From an uncultured Clostridia bacterium (GTDB lineage: Bacteria > Bacillota > Clostridia > Christensenellales > UBA1242): 64,000 nt of DNA. This document shows positions 8,983 to 20,600 of the stretch, piece after piece. The notes beneath the pieces are model-generated. The model searched no databases. It saw nothing but the letters and a program-made list of their open reading frames with translations, and had not been told where the DNA came from. The position numbers and the translations under genes were made by a program. Location of the stretch: positions 24,532 through 88,531 of the forward strand of contig CAKVHT010000001.1 in NCBI GenBank assembly GCA_934754375.1, written 5' to 3'. The number at the start of each line of letters is the position of its first letter. The first letter of the stretch is position 1.

Positions 8983-9013
8983 TTCGTCAAAGCATAATAC
9001 TTGGCGAATTTTT
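8983..9013 (+). terminator. rho-independent terminator after the nucleoside hydrolase gene
   Basis: Stem ttcgtcaa/ttggcgaa (one G-U pair) followed by TTTTT. Confidence 0.55.
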
Positions 9014-9147
9014 CATTTAAATATAACGATATTCCACAAAATATTTAAAATAATAAACTCATATTGGGCTGAAAATTGAATTGAAAAAAATCATAAATAA
9101 AAAAACAACTTACTTTTTGTTAAAATTGAAAATCTTAATCTATTTTA

Positions 9148-9176
9148 TTGCTTGAAAAAATAAAATTTGTTATAAT
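9148..9176 (+). promoter_or_regulatory. promoter TTGCTT-17-TATAAT upstream of pgsA
   Basis: TTGCTT 9148-9153, 17-nt spacer, TATAAT 9171-9176. AGGAG SD precedes ATG 9201. Confidence 0.5.
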
Positions 9177-9200
9177 TTTAATGATCAGGTAGGAGATTTT

Positions 9201-9815
9201 ATGAATTTACCAAACAAATTGACAATGTTACGCATCATATTGATACCTTTTATGATGTTTTTCTATCTTGCAGACTTTATTCCTTATGGTATAGGCAAAA
9301 TTATAGCTATAGCAATTTTTATTATCGCTTCTTTAACGGATTTATTAGATGGTAAAATCGCACGCAAACACAACCTTGTAACTGACCTTGGCAAATTCCT
9401 TGACCCTATTGCAGACAAGCTTTTAACAGCAACCGCATTTTTGCTTATTATGGCAGACGGCACAATCCCTGCACCATGGGGTGTTATTGTTGTTGCAATC
9501 ATTATTGCACGTGAATATACTGTCAGCGCATTAAGGCAAATTGCGGCAACAAAAGGCATCGTTTTGGCTGCCGATATGTGGGGCAAAATCAAAACAGTGG
9601 TTCAAATGATTGCTTTGCCAGTGAGCATGCTTGTTGCGTATCTCAAGATTTGTGGCTTTGCTTCAACAACAGTGGTGTTAGTGTTTGCAATAATAAGCTA
9701 TGTGCTTATCGGTTTTGCAACTTTGCTTACAGTTATGTCAGGCATACACTATTTGGTTAAAAATCGTGAATGCTTTAAGGATAAAACCGCTGAAACCAAA
9801 ACTGAAAATAAATAA
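9201..9815 (+). CDS. pgsA: CDP-diacylglycerol--glycerol-3-phosphate 3-phosphatidyltransferase
   Basis: 204 aa membrane protein with the CDP-alcohol phosphatidyltransferase motif DLLDGKIARKHNLVTDLGKFLDPIADK. Confidence 0.92.
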   Translation: MNLPNKLTMLRIILIPFMMFFYLADFIPYGIGKIIAIAIFIIASLTDLLDGKIARKHNLVTDLGKFLDPIADKLLTATAFLLIMADGTIPAPWGVIVVAIIIAREYTVSALRQIAATKGIVLAADMWGKIKTVVQMIALPVSMLVAYLKICGFASTTVVLVFAIISYVLIGFATLLTVMSGIHYLVKNRECFKDKTAETKTENK

Positions 9816-9833
9816 TATTAAAGTTAAATTTGT

Positions 9834-9847
9834 CGAACAAATGTTTG
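9834..9847 (+). promoter_or_regulatory. candidate LexA (Cheo/SOS) box CGAACAAATGTTTG
   Basis: Matches the Firmicute CGAAC-N4-GTTCG consensus with one deviation (GTTTG). Overlaps the -35 hexamer of the promoter below. Confidence 0.55.
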
Positions 9848-9873
9848 ACAAATTCTTTTTTTAGATTTATAAT
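9845..9873 (+). promoter_or_regulatory. consensus promoter TTGACA-17-TATAAT for the small ORF-recA transcript
   Basis: TTGACA 9845-9850, exactly 17 nt, TATAAT 9868-9873. GGAGG SD precedes ATG 9895. Confidence 0.65.
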
Positions 9874-9894
9874 GCTTTTAAATTTGGAGGATAT

Positions 9895-10122
9895 ATGGAC
9901 GAAAAAAAGCAGTCTAAAACCAGCATAATTTTAGATGCCGTTTGTGGCATACTTATGATTTTGTGCACACTCGTTTATCTTATGATTGGCTTTATTGCAC
10001 ATATTTGGCATCCAACATGGGTTATTTTTGTGGCAGGTGGAATTGTGTGTGCAATCATTGGTATTATTAAAGATACTGTTGAGAAATTGAAATCACAAGA
10101 CAACCAAAATAAAATGGATTAA
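9895..10122 (+). CDS. small two-TM membrane protein (75 aa), co-transcribed with recA
   Basis: GGAGG SD. Two clear hydrophobic helices with charged N- and C-termini. Ends 17 nt before recA, with no terminator in between. Confidence 0.6.
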   Translation: MDEKKQSKTSIILDAVCGILMILCTLVYLMIGFIAHIWHPTWVIFVAGGIVCAIIGIIKDTVEKLKSQDNQNKMD

Positions 10123-10139
10123 TATTTTAAGGAGTATTT

Positions 10140-11132
10140 ATGACAGAAGATAGAAAAAAATCTTTAGAAGCAGCAATTGCTCAAATTGAAAAAACTTACG
10201 GCAAAGGTTCAATTATAAAGATGGACGAAACCAATTATGGCGATGGCATTGAAGTTATACCTACAGGTTGTTTGCCTCTTGATATGGCTTTGGGTGTTGG
10301 CGGTTTGCCAAGGGGCAGAATTGTTGAAATTTATGGCCCAGAAAGTAGCGGTAAAACAACAGTTGCATTGCATGTGATTGCTGAAGCGCAACGCATGGGA
10401 GGAACAGCGGCATTTATTGATGCTGAACATGCACTTGACCCTATTTATGCATCAAAATTGGGTGTTGATATTGGTTCAATGTACGTTTCACAACCAGATA
10501 CTGGCGAACAAGCACTTGAAATCACTGAACAACTTGTGCGCAGTGGTGGTGTTGACATTGTGGTTATCGACTCGGTTGCAGCCCTTACCCCAAAAGCAGA
10601 AATTGACGGCGAAATGGGCGATAGTTTTATCGGTTTGCAAGCACGTTTGATGAGCCAAGCATTGCGTAAACTCACTGGTGTTACAGCAAAAAGCAAAACC
10701 CTTGTTATATTCATCAACCAATTGCGTGAAAAAGTTGGTGTTATGTTTGGTAATCCTGAAACAACACCAGGTGGTAAGGCACTTAAATTCTATTCTTCAG
10801 TCCGCCTTGATGTAAGAAAAGTTGATACAATCAAAAACGGGCAAGACATGATAGGTTCACGCACACGTGTTAAAGTTGTTAAAAACAAAGTTGCTCCACC
10901 TTTCAAAACAGCAGAATTTGATATTATGTATGGCGAAGGTATTTCAATCCTTGGGTGCTTGATTGATGCGGCGATTGAAACAGAAGTTGTTGAAAAATCG
11001 GGCAGTTGGTTCAGCTATAAAGGCGATAAAATTGGTCAAGGTAAAGAGAATGTTAAAGCATATCTCACATCTCACCCAGAAATTGCTGATGAAATTAATG
11101 CCGAAGTTAGAGAAAAACTTTCAAATAAATAG
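10140..11132 (+). CDS. recA: recombinase RecA
   Basis: 330 aa. GPESSGKTT Walker [10 protein letters not shown], and [22 protein letters not shown], as in canonical RecA. Confidence 0.98.
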   Translation: MTEDRKKSLEAAIAQIEKTYGKGSIIKMDETNYGDGIEVIPTGCLPLDMALGVGGLPRGRIVEIYGPESSGKTTVALHVIAEAQRMGGTAAFIDAEHALDPIYASKLGVDIGSMYVSQPDTGEQALEITEQLVRSGGVDIVVIDSVAALTPKAEIDGEMGDSFIGLQARLMSQALRKLTGVTAKSKTLVIFINQLREKVGVMFGNPETTPGGKALKFYSSVRLDVRKVDTIKNGQDMIGSRTRVKVVKNKVAPPFKTAEFDIMYGEGISILGCLIDAAIETEVVEKSGSWFSYKGDKIGQGKENVKAYLTSHPEIADEINAEVREKLSNK

Positions 11133-11283
11133 CCTTAAAAATACTGCAAAACTTATTTTTGTAAATTGATTGCTTTGTTTAGATAGCAACAAAAAATTGT
11201 AGGCATAAAAAAGGTCCTGCTTATATTGATTTTATTAAAAAATTACACTTAAATGTATTTTAAAAATACACATTCAAAAGACT

Positions 11284-12975
11284 ATGTTACAAACTTTAAA
11301 TATTGAAAACGTTGCGCTGGTTGATAGTGCAACACTAAATTTTGATAGTAAACTCAATGTTATCAGTGGCGAAACTGGTGCGGGCAAAAGCATCATGCTT
11401 GATGCATTGAGTTTTGTTTTTGGTGGGCGCAGTGACAAATCTCTTATTCGCACTGGGCAAAACAAGATGAAGGTGGAAGCAATTTTCACCGGTCTTTCAA
11501 AATCGCACATAGAATATATAAAAAATGAATTAGATATTGAGTGTGGCGAAGAAATGTTTTTGTCACGTGAACTTGATTTAAACGGCAAAAATGTGTGCAA
11601 AATCAATGGCGAACTTGTGCCAGTTGCAATGGTTAAAAAAATATGCCAAAAATTGGTTGATATCCATGGGCAGAGTGAGCATTTGGCAATTTTGGATAAC
11701 GATTATCAACTTAAAATCATTGACCTTTTCAGCAAATCGGCAAATGAATATTTGAATAGGATAAATCAGCATATTGATTCTATCCGTGAGATTGATGCAA
11801 AAATCAAGTTGCTTGGGGGCAACGAGCAAGAAAAGCAAAATTTGATTGATTTATATACCTATCAAATACAAGAAATAACAAACGCAAACATTAAAGATGG
11901 CGAATTTGAATCATTGTCAGAAGAAAAGAAAGCCATGCAACAGTTTGAAAAAATCAACGATAATTTAAACGAGTATCTGTCAGCTTGCTATAAAAATGCT
12001 TATACAAATTCAGCAGTGGAAAGCCTTGAACAGGGTGCAAAATTGCTGGATAATCTATCCAACTTTGGCGACAAATATTTGTCACTTGCTGATAGGTTAA
12101 AAAGCATAGCGCTTGAATTGGAAGATATCAATGAAACAGTTTTAGATATTAGGAACAACAACGTTTTTGACCAAGAAAAATTTGATTTTATTGATTCTCG
12201 CCTAGATTTGATAAAAGCCTTATTCCGTAAATATGGTGGCAATTATCAAAACATGGTTGAATATTTGAACAAAACTCAAGATAATCTTTTCAATTTAACC
12301 AACGGTGCCGAGTTATATCAGCAATTGCAATCACAACGTGAACAAATTGTTGAAAAAATCATTGCAGAGCAAAATCAACTTACTGTTTTAAGGCAAAAAA
12401 CCGCCAAAGTTTTGTGCAAAAAGATGCAAGATGAGTTGCGTTCATTGGGTATGCCTAACGCAACACTTGATATCAAATTTGAAAAAATTGCTGAACCATA
12501 TAGTTCAGCAGGTGCAGATAGGGTTGAATTTATGTTCAGTTCTAACTTGGGCTTTGAGTTAAAAGAACTCAACAAAGTTGTGTCTGGCGGTGAAATGAGC
12601 CGTGTAATGTTGGCTTATAAAATTGTGGTAAGCGAAGTTGATGATATTCAAACAATCGTGTTTGATGAAGTTGATAGCGGTTTAAGTGGCAACATAGCAA
12701 TGGTTGTGGCAGAATATATGGCTCGATTGGGCAAGTTTAAGCAAATCATTGCAGTGTCACATTTGCCACAAATATGTGCAATGGCAGACCACAATTTAAA
12801 GGTGGAAAAACATTCAGCAAACGGAACAACAAAAACACAAGCTTCAGTTTTAACAGGCGACAGTTTGTATCAAGAAATTGCAAGATTGATGGGTGTTGCA
12901 AACAAAACAGACAGTAAAGTTGCATTAGAATTGAAAGAAAAATGCAATGATTACAAAAAGCAATTTGCAAAATAA
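11284..12975 (+). CDS. recN: DNA repair protein RecN
   Basis: 563 aa SMC-like protein. N-terminal LNIENVALVDSATLNFDSKLNVISGETGAGKSI, coiled-coil middle, C-terminal SGGEMSRVMLA and VFDEVDSG. Confidence 0.92.
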   Translation: MLQTLNIENVALVDSATLNFDSKLNVISGETGAGKSIMLDALSFVFGGRSDKSLIRTGQNKMKVEAIFTGLSKSHIEYIKNELDIECGEEMFLSRELDLNGKNVCKINGELVPVAMVKKICQKLVDIHGQSEHLAILDNDYQLKIIDLFSKSANEYLNRINQHIDSIREIDAKIKLLGGNEQEKQNLIDLYTYQIQEITNANIKDGEFESLSEEKKAMQQFEKINDNLNEYLSACYKNAYTNSAVESLEQGAKLLDNLSNFGDKYLSLADRLKSIALELEDINETVLDIRNNNVFDQEKFDFIDSRLDLIKALFRKYGGNYQNMVEYLNKTQDNLFNLTNGAELYQQLQSQREQIVEKIIAEQNQLTVLRQKTAKVLCKKMQDELRSLGMPNATLDIKFEKIAEPYSSAGADRVEFMFSSNLGFELKELNKVVSGGEMSRVMLAYKIVVSEVDDIQTIVFDEVDSGLSGNIAMVVAEYMARLGKFKQIIAVSHLPQICAMADHNLKVEKHSANGTTKTQASVLTGDSLYQEIARLMGVANKTDSKVALELKEKCNDYKKQFAK

Positions 12976-13032
12976 GCTTATTTATTTGTATGTGCAAAAA
13001 ATATGATTCATAATTGAACACAATAACAAAAC

Positions 13033-13060
13033 AAAAAACCACCAAATTGGTGGTTTTTTT
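13033..13060. terminator. bidirectional terminator (recN / ferredoxin, convergent)
   Basis: aaaaaa-ccaccaa-a-ttggtgg-ttttttt. Confidence 0.7.
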
Positions 13061-13098
13061 AATAAATGTAGATTTCTAATTTATCATTAAAAATCTTA

Positions 13099-13281
13099 TT
13101 ACTTTTTATTTTCTTCTTTTTCGATAGTTATTGCGGACACTGGGCAAAATTGTTCACAACTGCCACATTTGATACATTTCTTTGGATTGATTTCTGCTTT
13201 GCCATCAACAAATTTAATTGCACCAACCGGGCAAATTGAAATGCAAGCACCACATGAAATGCACTTTGATTTGTCAACCAT
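13099..13281 (-). CDS. 4Fe-4S ferredoxin (2 x CxxCxxCxxxCP)
   Basis: ORF track gives 13099..13341; start moved to ATG 13281 (AGGAGA SD). 60 aa: CISCGACISICP and CIKCGSCEQFCP. Confidence 0.85.
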   Translation of the reverse strand: MVDKSKCISCGACISICPVGAIKFVDGKAEINPKKCIKCGSCEQFCPVSAITIEKEENKK

Positions 13282-13690
13282 AATTTTCTCCTTTAATATA
13301 TATGTCAAACCCCTAAAAATTGTTAGTTTGAAGTTTTGCAATTATCTTGGCACATAAATCAAATTGCAAAATTATTCTAGCACTTACGGGCAATTTTGTC
13401 AATATTTTCTGCATGTTTACAAAATTTGGTAGGCAGTGTATAAAATACACAACATATTGCGTGATTTTGTTGAAATTTGTTGTCAAAAAACCAATTGTTG
13501 ACGGCTAAATCATTATTTTTAGCAATAAAAATGCAAAAGCTAAATAAAAAATAAATGTATTTGTAAATCATACAATATTTTCAATTTTTTGATAAGAATT
13601 TTTGATAATATTTTTGATTTAAAATCACAAAACATCGTGAATTTAGAAGATTCTTATGGAAAAATTATTTTTGTAAAATAATTAAATGAT

Positions 13691-13719
13691 TTGGAAAATT
13701 TTTGATATTTGGGTACAAT
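13691..13719 (+). promoter_or_regulatory. promoter TTGGAA-17-TACAAT ending 6 nt before the trxB ATG (candidate leaderless start)
   Basis: TTGGAA 13691-13696, 17 nt, TACAAT 13714-13719, aaaagt, ATG 13726. No SD. The TTG at 13702 used by the ORF track lies inside the spacer. Confidence 0.45.
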
Positions 13720-13725
13720 AAAAGT

Positions 13726-14619
13726 ATGAAATACGATGTGGTAATTATTGGTGGTGGTCCAGCAGGGCTTTCTGCGGGCATTTTTACTTGCCGTGCCGGA
13801 CTTAAAACTTTGTGCTTGGAAAAGTTAGGCGTTGGCGGTCAGGCATCAATCTCACCAGAAATATCCAACTATCCAGGTTTAGGGCAAATTTCTGGTTTTG
13901 ATTTAGGGCAAAAGATTGCAGAAGACGCAACAAAAACAGGCTTGCAAATTGAATACGAAACAGTTGAAAAATTGTCACAAACAAAAACTTGTTTTAGCAT
14001 AAAAACAAAGCACAACAACTATTTGGCAAAAAAAGTGATTTTGGCATCTGGCGCAAAGGTTAGGCATTTAGGTGTTGAAAACGAACAAAATTTTATTGGC
14101 CGTGGTGTAAGTTATTGTGCAAGTTGTGACGGGACATTTTTTAAAGGCAAAACTGTTGCAGTTGTTGGCGGGGGAAACACTGCTATCGGTGATGTCATTT
14201 ATTTATCCCGTCTTGCAAAAACAGTTTATCTTGTGCACAGAAGGGACGAGTTTAGGGCAAACAAAGTTGATGTTGACAAGGTTAAAAAACTTAAAAATGT
14301 AAAAATAATTACACCTGCCACTGTTGAAAAACTGAACGGCAAAAATCAACTTGAAAGTTTGACAATAAACTGCAATGGACAACCAAAAACAATAAAAGTT
14401 GATGGGCTTTTTGTCGCAATTGGATACGAACCAGATTTATCCTTTGTTGATATAAATATCAAAAAGGATAAAAACGGTTATGTTTTAGTTGACGAAAACA
14501 AGCAAACAAGTGTAAAATATTTGTATGCTTGCGGGGATATTACCAGCAAAAAATTTAAACAAATAATAACTGCTTGCGCCGATGGGGCAATTGCGGGCAA
14601 CAGTTGTGTTGGGGAATAA
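13726..14619 (+). CDS. trxB: thioredoxin-disulfide reductase
   Basis: MKYDVVIIGGGPAG FAD motif, redox-active CASCDG, and GGGNTA...HRRDEFRA NADPH motif. Start chosen at ATG 13726. Confidence 0.9.
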   Translation: MKYDVVIIGGGPAGLSAGIFTCRAGLKTLCLEKLGVGGQASISPEISNYPGLGQISGFDLGQKIAEDATKTGLQIEYETVEKLSQTKTCFSIKTKHNNYLAKKVILASGAKVRHLGVENEQNFIGRGVSYCASCDGTFFKGKTVAVVGGGNTAIGDVIYLSRLAKTVYLVHRRDEFRANKVDVDKVKKLKNVKIITPATVEKLNGKNQLESLTINCNGQPKTIKVDGLFVAIGYEPDLSFVDINIKKDKNGYVLVDENKQTSVKYLYACGDITSKKFKQIITACADGAIAGNSCVGE

Positions 14620-17600
14620 TGAAGAAAAACGCATTTAGGTTTATATTAAGTTTTGCAGTGGCTATTTTATCACTGCTTGTTTGTCTGCCAAAAAATTCAG
14701 TTTGGGCAGCAACTGTTGCACAAGACCAAGCAACATGTTACATGATTGATACTGGTGGCAGCACCTATCAAACCAACATTGATGCGGGCTCAGCAACTGG
14801 TTATGGCGAATATTTGTTGGGGGATACCGATATTGCGCCAATCAAAGCCAGCGCAAAAGCAGGGTTCTATGTTGCGGGTTGGCAAATCAGTTTTACTGAA
14901 GTTGTCTCAGCGGACTACCAAGTCACAAGGAAAATTGATGGGCGGACAATTGCCGACAACACCGCAATTTATCAAGAGTCAAGTTTTGCAATTAGTTACG
15001 AAACGGAAGACGGACAATCTTTTAATGTAAACTACACAATTTCTCAATCAGATTTAGACAACGATGGCTATTTTGAACAATCAATATTGTCAACCAGCCA
15101 AATCGTTGAAAATATAAAAGTAAACCCAGTTTATGACTACATATACACAAATGTTGACGCCACCGAATTTGTTGCGCTTTCAAATTTAGGTGCATACCAA
15201 ACAGTTTCAAACATTTTGGGTGGCACTGATCTGGTGTATTTAACAAGTTCAACTGATGAAGCGGTTACAGTTTATCACAATGCCTACCTTAAAACTGACG
15301 GGAAATATTTCTATTATGGCGATGTTTATGCTGACGGCGACAATTATTATACATTAAATGAAAGGTCTCCAAAAGTTGATGACGGCAAAATCACAATGCA
15401 AGTGCCGGTTCAAAAAGGCAGATATCGTCTTAACCAACAGGTTGAATATAGCACAGATATTGATGTGAACACTGACTTCAATTTAGGGCACAACATTGAC
15501 ATAGTTGGTGTGGGCTTAACCATTGACGGGGAAACAGCACAAATTTTGAAGTCTGGTGAAAACAGTTTTAGTTTAACACAAGACCAATATTTGCGTTCAA
15601 CAAACATTCAAATCAATTTTGTTGTAACTGAAAATAAAAGCCATTTGGCAGAATTATCAGTTGATTATGACAAACTTTACATTGCAACAGTTACCCCAAC
15701 AATCAGTGGTGCAACAGCAGGCGAGAATGAAGAACTTTTGCGCAATGCATTGACAATTGAAAAAACCGCATATTTCTCACAAATCGAAGAAAAGAAAAGA
15801 TATTTTATAAAAGACCCTGTGTCAGGAACAAATGCCGTTGGTTTTAAATTGACCGCAAACCCAAAAATTGTTTATCAGGGTTATGAATACTATAATTTTG
15901 AAAGTTTAAGTTCAACCAACAGTGCAGTTCAGTCAAGCATCAACAAAAACAACTTGAATTTAACAAAAGCAATTGATACTGATTTTGAATTGGTTGTGAA
16001 TTATACTCCAATTTTATATAGTGTTGATTTTAAATTTGTTTTGTATGATACTGCAACCAAAAAATTTATGGCGCTTGAAGGAGACTATTTTGTTGAAAAC
16101 TCTCTTAAACTTGAACGTGGACAAACTTCTAGCGAAATATCTAAAACAACAGTTTCAAACAATGTAGGTTACAACTTCTTTGGCTTTGTTGATGAACAAT
16201 ATACTTCAAATTTGACAGTTAATGATGGTGCAACAATTAACACAACAATTCAAGTTACAATCAACAAAACATATCCAACAAACAAAACCATTTTGATGTT
16301 GTTTGTTGAAAAAGAATATCAAATCAAGTTCAACAACTTGAACAACATAAATTTAAACAATGGTGTAAAAGATGTTTATCCAATAAACAATCTTGCAATG
16401 AGTGTGAACAGGGCTGACAATGTTTCAACAGTTGCCATTGATGACCTTAATGCAGGAAACATTGACCGTACTTTTGCAAAAACTGTTAAGATTGGCGACA
16501 AATTAACAATTGTTGCCTCAATCAACAAGGGCTTTAAACTTTTGGGCTTTGGCTTAAATAATGGCGCAAAAACATTTGATGGCACAAGTTTTGACTTGAC
16601 GTTGACACAGACCTTGCTTGCAAATTATGACAATGCCAACACAGACATAATTGACATTTTCGATTTTGAGGAGTTTGAAAAATACACTTTAACTTACACC
16701 TTAAATGGCGATATAGGCACGGGCGAAAGCAAAGTGCTTATGGCAGACATTAGTGTTGAGTACAACGGCACAGTTTATGACAAATCCAACACAACTGATG
16801 ATATAACTTATGTTGAATTGGGTGGCGAAAAAGCACAAATTATCATTTCCAACTTAAAGCTTTATGAAAAAGTTAAATTGATAAGCCGTGCAAAAAGCAT
16901 AAACAACGACAATAACGAACCATATTTCTTGTTTAACCGTTATACTGAAAACTTTCAAACTAACTTTACATTGGTTGAAACTGACCCACCAGCAATGCTT
17001 TATACAGTTCAAAAAGATATTGAAATTTTTGTTGTGTATTCTTTGCCAGGTTTAAAACTTCAACTTTCAATTGATGATGGAACAGCATACGATTTAAGCC
17101 AAAATTTGCAACAAGGCACAACTTATTTAACAGATGCTGATGGCAATCGTGTTGATTTCGAAACCACAGACCTTCAACCTTCAAAAAGATATACTCTCAC
17201 ATTGAACAATGCTTTCAATTTTGGTTTTGAGTTGTTGGGATATAACTATAATGGAACAGTTCATTTGGCATCAAGTTTGGCAGACCCTTACACATTTGAA
17301 TTCACAACATTAAGCACAACACAAATTCACTACATCGAGATTTTGACAAAGCAAGTAAAATTCAAATTGAATGTGAATTATGCTTATAATATTGAGCAAA
17401 CTCCAGTTTTAAAACAATCATTTGATGACATCACAGTTTCTAATTTACATTTGGAATTTGAAACAGATGAAGGATACTATGTTTCACAAGCATATTTTGT
17501 AAATGCTTTGGGCAATAAAACAAGATATGAAGCTGCAGAATGTGACAACAATTATGCTTCCAGTTCTTACATATACAATTTCACAGCCAGCGAACTTGAA

Positions 17601-20600
17601 CAATTGATTGGTGCGTATGGTGTGGTTGTTGATGATGTGACAAATTTGAACATGCTTGTGATTTACAGTTTGCATGTTTACAGGGTTAAAGTTAGTTACA
17701 GTCTGGTTACATCAAAAGGTGTGTATGACAATCGTGTAAATTTCCCAGCCGTAACAATGACCGCTAATGGCGACAAGATTTTATATATAGATGATGCTGG
17801 TTCAAGGACTTTCTACAACATTCCTTATGGCGCAAATGTTGTCTTAACGGCAGATGAAAACAACGAAGAGGGCATGTCTGCTTATGGATGGATTTATGAT
17901 GTTCAACCAGGTTTTAGTTCAAATTTAACACAACTTACAATTCAAAAATTAACCGCTGACCAGAATTTAGAATATAAACTGAACTATAATGTTTATATTG
18001 TAAAAATTGAACAAACTGGCAACACAAAACAACCGATAGTTGTTATTACAGACCCGTCAACAGGCAAAGCAGTTGATAAAATTTCACGTTTTGACAGCCT
18101 TTCAATAGATATGAATGCTGATAGACAAAATGGCTGGCGATTTGTGAATATGTACTATTATAAAAATCAATATGTCGTTTATAACTATAATGAAGCGGAT
18201 TTTGCAACCAAAGAATTATATATAATTGAAAATGGTCAATATGTTATAAACACTCAAGCGTATGATTCAAATCTTACATATTACACAAAAGAAAAGGTTC
18301 AAGTAGATTTTTCTGCTTTTGCAAGATATGATTACAACGAAACAAGTTGGAAAAATGAATATAAAAATTTATATGTTTTGGTGGCAGGGGAATATAAACG
18401 TAACGATTCAAGCATTTATGATGATTCAAGAGAGTATTATTCTTACAAACAAACCATTTTTGAAGATATCAATTTCCAAGCAGGCAACTATCTTGCTGAA
18501 GTTGATGAAAACAAAGTGTATTCAATAACGTTTTATGTATATTACGATTACATTGATATTTCACTCAACATTCAAGCAAGTGTCAGTGGCATAAATAATT
18601 TGAAACGTGGCGACTTGTCATTGTTGCCAATTGATTATGCTGATTTAACATTCAGTGTTGTCAGCAATTTAAGTCAAGAAAAATTGTTGGAAAAGCCTTA
18701 TTCAGTAACAATTAATGACAACCTTGTTAGGATAGCCGTTAAACTTGCAAACATCAATGTTGATGGACAGGAATATAACCTTTCAAATGGTGTTAAATTG
18801 GTGCAGGCTTACGTTGGCGATAAAACAACAGGTAATATAAACATCATTGATAAAGGGGCAGGTGTTTATGTACTTGAATTTTATGTGGCATCAATGCTTA
18901 ACAACAACTGTGTTTCAGAAAATGATAGTTTTGAAATCTATTTAACCTATCAAGTTATCAACAAGCATATGGAACTTACAACAAGCATTGAAGCAAGCGA
19001 ATTTTATCGTGACACCACAGGCAACACAATTTTCAGCATGAGCAACGATCAACTTGTTTACGGCTTTGGTGCAGGTAGCAGTAGTTCAAGAGGCGCAAAT
19101 AAAATTTCAGTAGATTTCCAATTCTTGGGCAAAGTTTTAGTTTCTTATGCCTTTATTAATCCATATCAAGAATACAATCAATATTTCAAAATCACTGGTA
19201 TAAAGTTATACTCAATCACAACAACCACAAATGCGTTTGGCTATATAACTTATGTAAAAGGCGATTTGATTAGGGTTGCAACAGCAGAAGAACTTGCAAA
19301 ATTAGGCATCACAAATGCAACAATAGGTTCAAATTTTGATTATCGCTTTATCGACAACTTATATATAGAACTTCAAGTTCAACCGGTTATCAAAGTTAAT
19401 GGTGACAACAACAGATTTTATTTCACATTCAATTGCGACAATCAAGGCAATGGTATTGAACAAAATTTAACAGTGGGGCAAGATTCAAGTTGCCACATTG
19501 AAATGGCACAAATTTTGCAAGATTATTTGAGTTTAACCTATCACAAGAGCATCACTCAAAATGGTGTGATTATTGGCTATTCAGCTGATAATGCACAATT
19601 GATAGATGCTGACACATATTTGGTAAAAATCGAATTTAAAGGATATGGCAGTTGGGCATGGCTTACCAGCCTTAAATATGACAATGATATCTATGTAGTT
19701 GTCTCTCCAAAAATCATAGAACTTAAAGTAAATGATGAGACATTCTCACGTAAACAAGTTTATGAAAAAGAATACGAAGGCAAATCAGCCTACAATTTCA
19801 ACAATGTTGCCGACTTGTTAAACTATGTTTACATCACAGACGGCAACAGAAGTTATCCATACACTGAAGCAAACGACAATTTGCGTTTGGTTCAATCTAT
19901 GTTGATTGCAAAAATTTGTTATTTAAACAATGACACTTTAGTATATTCTGGCATTGCAACAAAGAACGGAGAATTGTTCAATATTGAACTTTCTGGGCTT
20001 CAAATCAACAATAAAAACTTCAAACTTAAAAAGGATAGTTTGCTGTTTGAAAGTGCAATAAAAATCAATCAAAAAGAAATCACATTGTCTGGTGTTAAAG
20101 TTTATGATAAAGTTTATGACGGCACAGACAGGGCAGAATATCAACTTGATGCTGAAATAAAATGGCTTGGCGTAATTGCTGGCGATATTGTAAATTCGCC
20201 TTTGGCAAAAGACCTTGATTTGAGATTTGAACGTGATGAAAAAGGCAATGTTAAAATTGGATATAATATCAACGTTTTGATTGATGCAAGCCAAGTGTTG
20301 AAAGGTGACGATGCTGATAACTATAAAATCAAAGTGAATGGCACAACCGCAACTATTTATCCTTACAGTGTCTCTGCCGAGGTTGAAGGGTTTGGAACAA
20401 TTGAAGTTAAAAATGACAAAGGTTTAATGGTTGAAGGCAGTGAAACAAGGCATGACCTGGCAGGATTGATACCTGTTAATGCCAAACTTAAAATTGAAGT
20501 TATTTATGCTGATAGCCCTGAATATATTGCAATTTATCCAAACATTTCAAGATTTATCAATCGTAATCACAACTTTGCGGTAGGATATAAAATCTATTTA

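Noticed and set aside
13377-13571. 64-aa minus-strand ORF in the ferredoxin/trxB intergenic region
   Set aside because: It has no SD, an odd composition (F/C/N-rich), and lies in an AT-rich promoter region. It is most likely spurious.
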